A stretch of 42,543 nt of DNA from Octopus bimaculoides (Eukaryota). Positions 33,818-42,543 of the stretch are shown here, piece after piece. Numbering within the stretch: the stretch's first letter is position 1; every line of letters begins with the position of its first letter. The stretch spans positions 56,903,381-56,945,923 of the forward strand of contig NC_068987.1 in NCBI RefSeq assembly GCF_001194135.2, written 5' to 3'. The translations under genes and the position numbers were made by a program. The notes beneath the pieces were generated by a model that saw nothing but the letters and a program-made list of their open reading frames with translations, was not told the origin of the DNA and did no database searches.

Positions 33818-34296
33818 ATACCTATGTGCATGGACACCTGCCATAGCCTGATTCTATCCATCTCTCTCTCTCTCTCTCTCTCCTGACTCTTTACTTTCAT
33901 TGTCAATTTAATTTAAGATAACATGAAGCTTTAAAGAATGTCATGTTGCTTTTCTTAGACATGTCAGCACACAAGACATGTTCTTCAAATCACATACACA
34001 CAGACAAGCACACACAATCCTATATATATATATAATGACATATATATATATACATACAAATGTTCCTTTATTTTACGTCCGTTTTTTTCCATGCTAGCAT
34101 GGGTTAGGTGTGTGTGCGTGCATGTGTGTGATATACATTATATTTATTATATGTGCATATATGTATGCCTGGGAGTGTATATATGTGTGTGTGTGTGTAT
34201 ATATACATATATATAAGCATATGTGTGTGTATATTGTATATGCCTGTATGCATATATATATATATAAGCATATAAATGTGTGTATATTATGTATGC

Positions 34297-34352
<56 letters not shown>

Positions 34353-34425
34353 AAATTGTTTTTAAAAAATGTCATACTATTCAACATTGGTTTTGTTTTG
34401 TTTTTGTTTTTCGAAACCAACTTTC

Positions 34426-34460
34426 AATAAATTAAATTTTTGTTGTTGTTCTGGTTGTTG
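34426..34460 (+). promoter_or_regulatory. Candidate polyadenylation signal of the KIF3B-like gene (would give a 3' UTR of about 1.5 kb)
   Basis: AATAAA at 34426-34431 overlapping ATTAAA and followed by a GT-rich tract. It is the first AATAAA I noticed after the stop. No transcript evidence. Confidence 0.35.
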
Positions 34461-34609
34461 TTTCTCAATCTTTCCTTTATCATTAACTACAGGGCATCCA
34501 GCCAAATCAGACCAGAACTTGGTGTAGCTCTTCAGCTTCTTCCCAGCTCTAGTCAAACCATCAAACTCATGCCAGCATTGAAAACATGTTAAAGGGTGAT
34601 GGTGTATAT

Positions 34610-35012
34610 AAACAGAAGCATGGGTGTGTGGTTTAGAAGTTTGCCTTATAGCCACAATGTTTTGAGTTCACTCTCACTGTTCAGTCTTACTGTGCTATAG
34701 TAGACAACAGTTGTTGTCTACTATAGACCCAGGCTGACCAATGCCTTGTAAGTGAATTTGGTTGACAGAAACTGTGTAGAAGCCCATCATGTGTGTGTGT
34801 ATATATATATGTGTGCGTGTGTGCATATTTATCTTTTACTTGTTTTGGTCATTAGACTGTGGCCATACTGGGGAACCGCCTTGAAGAACTTTTTAGCTGA
34901 ATGTATCAACCTCAGTACTTATTTTTACAGCCTGGTACATATTCTATCAGTCACTTTTGGCAAACTGCTAAGTTACGGGGATGTCAACACACCAACACCA
35001 ATTGTCAAGCAG
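34610..35012 (+). mobile_element. Degenerate SINE family B
   Basis: gtgtgtggtttagaagtttgcc head, gacagaaactg, microsatellite, followed by tail-derived pieces (ctaagttacgggg). Confidence 0.55.
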
Positions 35013-35024
35013 TGGTGAATGACA

Positions 35025-35061
35025 CATTATATATATATATGTGTATATATATATATATATG

Positions 35062-35109
<48 letters not shown>
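35025..35109. repeat. (AT)n microsatellite; similar tracts at about 31270-31295, 31555-31585, 33785-33813 and 34306-34349
   Basis: Direct inspection. Confidence 0.9.
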
Positions 35110-35114
<5 letters not shown>

Positions 35115-35115
<1 letters not shown>

Positions 35116-36879
35116 AACCTCTGTTCTTGGCCTCTGTTCACATGGAGAAAGCCTTTGACAGGGTTCCCTGATCCTTTATCTGGTGGTGAATATAGAAACT
35201 AGGGATAGATGAGTGGTTAGTGAGAGCTGTACAAGCCGTGTACAGGGATGCAGTCAGGTGAGAGTTGGCAATAAGTACAGTGATGAATTCAGAGTACAAG
35301 TAGGGATTCACCAAGGATCAGTCCTCAGCCCTTTCCAGCTCATCATAGTCCTCCAGGCAATAACAAAGGAATTTAAGACAGGCTGTCCCTGGGAGCTCCT
35401 CTTTGCTGATGACCTCGTTCTTATAGCTAGATCACTATCAAAACTAGAGAAGAAATTTCAGGTGTGGAAACAAGGTCTAGAATCAATGGGCTTTAGAGTT
35501 AACCTAGTAAAAACCAAAGTCTTAGTAAGTAGGAAAGCAGACAAATCACAAATGCTTTTAGGTAGATGGCCCTGTTCAACCTGTAGGAAAAGTGTAGGTA
35601 GAAATTCCATAAGATGTACCCAGTGCATTCTATGGACACATAAGAGGTGCAGCAATATCAGAGGAAGGTTAACTGGAAAATAGTTTTGTGTAGAAGGTGC
35701 ACAAGTACAATAAACACAAAAAATGGACTCCATCAAATGCCATTGGGGTGAGCTAGAGGTAGTGGATAGCTTCTGTTATCTAGGTGACCAAGTCAGTAGT
35801 GGAAGTGGATTCTCAGAGAGTGTAGCTGAAAGAATAAGAATAGGCTGAGCAAAGTTCAGCGAGCTCCTACTTCTGTTGGCAACAAAGTGTCTCTCCTTCA
35901 GAGTGAATGGCAGACTGTATGATACCTTTGTGTGAACAGCTATGCTACACAGTTACGAAACATGGGCATTGACTGCTGAGGACATGCATGGGCTTGAAAG
36001 AAATGAAGCTAGCATGCTTCGCTGAATGTGCAATGTCAATGTACATGTGCGACAGAGGATAAGCATCTTGAGAGAAAAGTTGGGCATAAGAGGCATCAGA
36101 TGTGGTGTGCAAGAGCGACAACTGTGTTAGTATGGTCATGTGATGCATATGGACAAGGACAGCTGTGTAAAGAAGTGCCAATCTCTAACTGTGGAGGGAA
36201 CATATGGAAGAGGTAGACCCAGGAAGACAGGGGATGAAGTGGTGAAGCATGGTCTTTGAATGTTGGGCCTCATGGAGGCAGTGACTAGTGACTGAGACCA
36301 TTGGTGATATGCCATGCTTAAGAAGACCCGTCAAGCCAAATGAAATCAAAGTCATGACCAATACCGATATCATGTTACTGGCACTCATGCCGGTGCCATG
36401 TAAAAGCACCTTTCGAGCGCTGAGGCAATGTGGCCATTTGCTGGTGTCGCTTTAACTAGCACCCATGCCTGTGGCACATTGGGCCACACAATGGCAATGT
36501 GGCTGGTGCTAGTGTTGCGTAACTAGCACCCATGCCAGTGGCACATAAAAAGAACTTTTCAAGCGTTGGGCCTCATAGAAGCAATGACAAATGACTGAGA
36601 CCTTTGGCAATATGCTATGCTTGAAAAGAAGACACATCAAGCCATGTGAAATCGTCGTCATCACAGATACCGGTGCCATGCAACTGGTACTCATGTTGGT
36701 GGCATGTAAAGGCATTCATTACACTCTCCTTGTGGTTGGTGTTAGGAAGGGCATCCAGCTGTAGGAGCCATGCCAAATCAGACTGGAGTCTGGTGCAGCC
36801 CCTCAGCTTACCAGCCCTGGTCAAACCATCCAATCGATGCCAGCATGGACAAAAGACATTAAATGATGATGATGATGAT
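35115..36879 (+). mobile_element. 5'-truncated RTE LINE (same family as 24305-25710), decayed
   Basis: EKAFDRVP, QGSVLSP, LFADDLVL and FCYLGD RT motifs with stops and frameshifts; repetitive 3' UTR; (GAT)n tail. Confidence 0.92.
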
Positions 36880-37699
36880 ATATATATACGATGGACTTCT
36901 TTCACTTTCCATCTACCAAATCCACTCACAAAGCTTTGGTCAGCATGAGTGAACCATGTGGTTGGGAAGCAAGCTTCTTAGCACACAGTCATTATATATA
37001 TATATATTTATTATTCTGAACCATTTATATATCTGTGACTGTGTGTGTGTGCCTTATTCCCAACTACTTGGTAACTAGTGTTGGTTTGTTTATGTTCCCA
37101 TAATGTAGCAGCTCAGCAAAAGAGACTCATATGTTAAGTACTGGGGACAATCTGTCCTACTAAAACCCTTCTAGGTAGTTCTCCAACATAGCTACAGTCC
37201 AATGACTAAAAGAGTAGAAGGTAAAAGATATATATATATGTAGTAGGAGTGTAGGCTTGGCCCAAGGTGGTGTTATATCAAAGTTAGACACTGAATAATA
37301 AACATCAGTAAATAAGTACCATACTGAAGCAATTAACATCTGCTTTCCCATGAGTCACTTGAAATTTGTTGAGGCAGATTTTCTATAGCCAGATGCTCTT
37401 GTTGCTAACACTCATCTGTTTACAAGCAGGGCGCTATTTTCTTCTAGTCTAGACATTTTTTAAAGGAAGATTGCAAACAAATGACACTGTTTGTATGACG
37501 GTGATGTTTGTTGAGTTGACAATTAGCATGCACTGTCAACAGTAGGAAATACACATACATACATCCAGACTTCTCTTTAGTTTCTGGCTATTAAATTCAC
37601 TCACAAGGCTTTGATTGGCTTGGAGTTATAGTAGAAGACACTTGTCCAAGACACCATTTATTCAGGCTGAATCTAAAATCATGTTGCAAAGCAAATAGG

Positions 37700-38296
37700 A
37701 CTCCTCTGTTACCAGACTGATCCATCATTTCTCAACCGTATTGTAACTTGCAATGAAAAGTGGATTCTGTACAATAATAAAAAATCGTTCTTCGCAGTCG
37801 ATGCATCAAAATGAAGCACCAAGAACCTTCCCCAAACTCGAGCTCTTCAAAAAGAAGGTAATGGTGACTGTTTGGTGGTGTACTGCAGGACTCATCTACT
37901 ATAACTTCTTAAAACCCAGAAAAACCATTACTGAAGAAACATATTGCCATGAAATTGCCAAAAGGAACAAAAAATTGCCACAATCATTCTTCATGACAAT
38001 GCTCGACCACACGTTTCACTAATGACGCTCCAGAAGTTGAGGGAACTTGGCTACAAAGTTCTTCCCCCAGACCTTTCTCCTTCCGACTACCACTTTTTCA
38101 AGCACCTTGATGGTCTCTTGCGAGAGAAGGTGTTCAAAAATCAAACCGATGCTGAAAGTGCGTTCATAGATTTCATCAGCTCCAGAATTCCAGGTCTTTA
38201 TGTTACCGGAATAAACAAGCTTGTAACTGGTTGGCAAAAATGTTTTGATTGTAATGGCACTTACTTTGATGACTAGAATTTCCGGATACTTCAGTG
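37700..38296 (+). pseudogene. Mariner (DD34D) transposase remnant
   Basis: FLNRIVTCNEKWILY (catalytic D changed to N), KKVMVTVWW, HDNARPHV and PDLSPSDYHFF motifs across frameshifts. Confidence 0.9.
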
Positions 38297-41140
38297 CATA
38301 GCTTCCCAAAGTGGGCGATATCGCCCACCGATGGGCGATTTCATTTTACAGGTAAATTTCTAGAAAATGGTGGGTGATATGAGATTTTGGTGGGCGATGT
38401 GAACATTTTGTGGGTGACAAAGAATTTTTAGAAAACAAGTCTGCATTTACCTATATCTAGGTATGCCTAGAATGAAGATGCACTTTTATCGATTTGACTA
38501 CTTGCCCGAGATGTCCCTTTGTATTAAAAAACGCGGACTTGTTTATCGAGCCAATATTTTTGTCGCACGGTCATTGAGATGGTTGTCATATGTGCTAAAA
38601 ATAGCAGCGAAGTAGGCCTAGGCCTTAAATCACGCTCAACCACCATTTCTCTTCTTTTTTTTGCATAATTCTATGAAGTCCCGCGTGTAGAATACAAATT
38701 CACAAAAATTTCCTGAAGACTGAAAAATAAAAAAGTTATGAGGGGTTATGTGTCGTACGTAATTCTATGGTTTCACATCAAAACTCAAGTGCTATTTTCA
38801 GGATGTTGACAAAATGTGCAGTCACGCACAAAATGACAAGATTGAAATCGTGTTTCTTGACTGAGTGAAAATGGTTAAATGACTATATTAACCTCTATAA
38901 CTTTTTAACATTTTTCTAGAAAAAGGTGAATAACTCCAGCAATTTAGCTTAGAAAGGTATATTAATGTGCCAAATTTTAAAATTTTCGATAAACTTCAAT
39001 TTTTGAAATGATGGCAGCCAAACGAACTAGATCCATATTTGCTCCAGTAAAGACGTGTCATCTGACTGCTCTATTGACTTCTTCACTTTGAGAATACCAT
39101 ACTGCCTTTCTGACGCCATCTGTAGAAATTCGTTTTCCCATTTTCACTTTACTTACGCCTCCAGTCAAGAAAATTTATCGACAATACAGTAGTGATTATT
39201 TATCGTTTGGATTTATTCCCTCTCCTCAGAACTCTGTTACCAATTTGCCATCAAACATTAACCAACGAAGCAATGAAACCTTCATGCTTGAAGTATCACT
39301 TTGATGCAAAGCATTCTGACAAGGTGCACAAGCCGTTGTCATACTTTTGGCAACTGAGTTCCTCTTTCAAAAAGCAAACACAAACATTCAACACGCTACT
39401 CCAGAAACTAGTAAATAGGAGAAGGATGGATTGATTGCATCGTACAACATTGCATTGCTTGTTGCTAAGTCTGGTAAGTTTCACACAATTGGAGAAACAT
39501 TTCTTCACCCAGTTATCGAAGAGGTTTTGTCAACTGTTGAGCACGAAAAGCTCAATAACATTATGAAGATCCCTCTTAGTAATAACAATTTCTCGACGCA
39601 TCGATCAAATGACCAACGATGTCAAACATCGGCTCATTAATATTCTCCAGCGTTCTGAATTTTCTATACAAGTGGATGAGTCAGCTGTTGTGGACAATCA
39701 ATGTTTGATGTTGGTATATGTTCGGTATTTCAGCGAAGACCTTCAACCTCGTGAGGAAATGCTGTTCACAGAAATTGCTGCTTGATTCAAAAGGTGCAAC
39801 TATTTTTCACATTCTCAAGTCTTTCCTTTTTGAACATAATATCCCACTCAGTAATATTCTTGCCTGTGTGTCTGATGGAGTCCCTTCAATGAAAGGAAGA
39901 TACAGGTTTTTTTTTCATCTCTCCTAAATCGTGAAATTTCCAACCAGGTACTAACTGTTCATTGCTAGGCACACTGGCAGCATTTAGTGGCAAAAAATAA
40001 CAGTAGATTGAATGATGCACTACAGTTAGTTATCAAGACTGTGAACAAACTGAAGTCTAGTCCCTTGACTGATCGAATTTTCCGTGAACTCTGAGAAATG
40101 ATGAGGACTATACTAAACTCTTACACCTTACCGAAGTCCAGTGGCTGTCAAAAAGAAACTGTGTCTTACGCTTTATTGAACTGTTTCAGATAATCATATC
40201 TTTCTTTGAAGATACTCCACTATCTGCTTCATTGGTGGTTGCAAGATGCGACATCTCTTTTCTTTGTGATATAGTCACGAAACTAAATGATTTGAATATA
40301 TTATTGCAAGGAAACATAAAAACTCTCGTTGATTGTAAATCATTTATCACTAACTTCATTTCGAAATTGGTGCTGTACAAGACTAACATTTCAAAACGTC
40401 AATTCCATCAATTTCCACAACTTCATTCTTTGAACGATGAATTGGTTGATGAGGATCTAACTAGATATCGCAATTATTTACAATCATTGCACGATGGCAT
40501 GGTGGAGCGATTTCAAGATGTTATTGCGATGAATATTCCAAATTGGTATAGCAATCCGTTTGAGGTCGATGCAGTTGCTTGCGAGGACGATGTTCAGTAG
40601 GAATTGTTAGGATTACAAAATGACAATGATGCCACAATGCGATATCGCCATAATGGCAAAGAAGGTTTGTGGTATCATCTAAGTATATTGAACTCATACC
40701 CCAATCTGTAGAAACGTCTGAAATGATTTTTTCTTGCCTTCCTTACCTCGTACCTGGTTGAATCTGATGTTAGCCATGTTGGAACTTTACTTTCCCATTA
40801 ACTAATTGGACTGGATGTAACACAACGAGGAGACTTGCGGCTAAAGTTGACAAGTTTGAAACCGAATATATCTGCTCTAACTGCATCGCACCAGACAGCG
40901 TTCTCATTAAAAAATTGTATTCTTTTCCTTTATAATACAATCATTAATTATTTTTGCATCGGGCAACGAGTCTACGATATAGTATGTGCGTCAAATGATA
41001 CAAGGGCGGGGTTCTCCTAGGGGATTTAGTGTTAGGGAGGGTTGTGTCAGGGCTTTTTTTTTAAAGGTGGGCAATGGAACCTTTTTGGGGAGATAGGTGG
41101 GCGATATTGCAATTTGACGCGAAAAGTTTGGGAAACACTG
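38297..41140 (+). mobile_element. Buster-type hAT DNA transposon, apparently full length, with a pseudogenised transposase (about 39200-40850; ZBED5/SCAND3-like)
   Basis: Imperfect TIRs (catagcttcccaaag / tttgggaaacactg); exact 8-bp TSD cttcagtg at 38289-38296 and 41141-41148; EAMKPS, SYNIALLVAKSGK.HTIGE, PLSNN and QVDES motifs with stops and frameshifts. Confidence 0.92.
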
Positions 41141-41229
41141 CTTCAGTGGTTAAACTTATTCTATTTTATTGACTATTCTCAAAACTCGTGATTTTTTTTT
41201 TTTTTTTTTTTTTTTTTGCGCTTGGGGTG

Positions 41230-42328
41230 GGGAATTTCTTGTTAAATAATTTTTTGAGAGCTGCTAATTGTTTACTTGAAAGAATATCTGCCCACAGTAT
41301 GAATACATGCACAATCACACACATTTTTGCTTCTGACATGAGCGTCTTTTAAGGATTCTCACAGAGCTTTTTGTTTCATAAATAGCAGCTTTGAAATCTA
41401 TTTAACTGTCAATATACTTTAAACAACAATTTCTTGAGACCGCATTTGGCTGTAAATTACTTCAAAGTATGACATGATCTGATGAAAAAACTCCAACCAG
41501 AACATGAATTTTTCATTATTCAGGTAGAACATAATTCCTGTTGCTTCTAAAATGGTTTGATCTCCATTTGATGTGACTATATTTCAGCGAAGCAGCTTTT
41601 TAAAGTTTCCATATTGTAGAAAATGAACACGGTTGCGCGTACGCTGTGGTAATCTTTGGGGAAATGTTGATACAGCCGAAATGTTAGAGAAAGATATTTT
41701 TGTGTTTTCATGTAATATTTGGTACATTTTTTATTATTAGATTCAGTCTGTGTGCACAATAGTGAATGAAATGTTCATTATTATAAACTACTTTCAGGTT
41801 TACCCGAAGTCGCCCCCACCCCACACTTTTTTATTTTCTTTTGCTTTTCATGACATTTGCACCATCAAGTATCTGAGTTATTAATTTTCATCTGTTTCCT
41901 TCAAAAGATTATGTCTAATTGCTCAAGCATATATTTTGATCTGATACGCTATAGTTTGGGTTTTCAAGAATAAAGAATAATAAATTCTCAAATATTTCTT
42001 CGTTATGCACGGACAATAGAACAACTACCATTTAACTTTTCTGAAACATCTTTTGCGTCATCATCCATGACAGATATAAATGAAACCTCTTGAATATCTT
42101 TCTTTATCTCATCATGGTATGTCTCCAGCAAGTCAATGTTTATCTCATTTTGAATAGTCTTAGAAATAGCTTTGTAAACAAGTGGTTTCTAAATAGTTCT
42201 CTAAATCAGGGTCTAATTTAGATTCAAAATTTATTAATCCCATAATTACACCTGGATTTATTAATTCCATAATTACACCATTTTCATCTTGTATACGTAA
42301 AGAAATTTCAAAATTTCTACAAAATATA
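41230..42328 (-). pseudogene. ZMYM1/THAP12-like hAT transposase remnant
   Basis: Hand translation of the minus strand gives VYKAISKTIQNE...FISVMDDDAKDVSEK, KLITQILDGANVM, HFIHYCAHRLNLII and FMFWLEFFHQIM, all of which resemble hAT motifs. It is interrupted at 42329 by a SINE. Confidence 0.7.
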
Positions 42329-42543
42329 GGCATAGGAGTGGCTGTGTGGTAAGTAGCTTGCTTACCAACCACAGGGCTCAGTCCCACTGCATGGCACCTT
42401 GGGCAAGTGTCTTCTACTATAGCCTCGGGCCGACCAAAGCCTTGTGAGAGGATTTGGTTGACGGAAACTGAAAGAAGCCCGTCGTATATATGTATATATA
42501 TGTATGTGTGTATATATGTTGGCATGTCTGTGTTTATCCCCCC
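42329..42543 (+). mobile_element. SINE family B (runs off the window end)
   Basis: ggcataggagtggctgtgtggtaag head through the microsatellite. Confidence 0.9.

Noticed and set aside
33540-34430. Multiple ORFs rich in Y/I/C/V/H/T
   Set aside because: These are translations of (AT)n, (GT)n and (AC)n microsatellites
38420-39080. Separate element nested in the hAT 5' region (aaaaagttat/ataactttt motifs)
   Set aside because: No TIR or TSD pair could be delimited, and it may simply be the hAT's own 5' non-coding region
8960-41490. Other CTGA(A/T)GA matches (e.g. near 8966, 12958, 29313, 37931 and 41478) as hammerheads
   Set aside because: None has a stem II followed by GAAA and a cleavage triplet (scanned by eye, so not exhaustive)

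Overview
AT-rich eukaryotic genomic DNA, most likely an octopus (inferred from memory of the abundant SINE and GAT-tailed RTE families; not database-checked). The window holds the 3' two-thirds of one spliced + strand gene, a kinesin-2 motor subunit (KIF3B-like). I reconstructed 14 coding exons by hand (991-32939). All have GT-AG boundaries, the phases are compatible, and they total 1458 nt (485 aa plus stop). The 5' motor exons lie upstream of the window. Introns and the downstream flank are filled with SINEs of at least four families, RTE and CR1/Jockey-type LINE fragments and MITEs. A cluster of decayed DNA transposons follows the gene: a mariner, a Buster-type hAT with an intact 8-bp TSD nested in it, and a ZMYM1/THAP12-like hAT remnant. 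The most notable non-genic signals are: (1) a minimal hammerhead-ribozyme motif on the minus strand at 22728-22763, (2) a roughly 135-bp near-perfect fold-back hairpin just upstream of the last exon, (3) inverted SINE pairs in introns that could be ADAR substrates, (4) a PHD-type zinc finger inside the RTE reverse transcriptase, and (5) a SINE head joined to two different tails. There are five N gaps, and two of them are flanked by probable assembly duplications. Repeat boundaries are approximate (read by eye). No prokaryotic features or CRISPR array were found.
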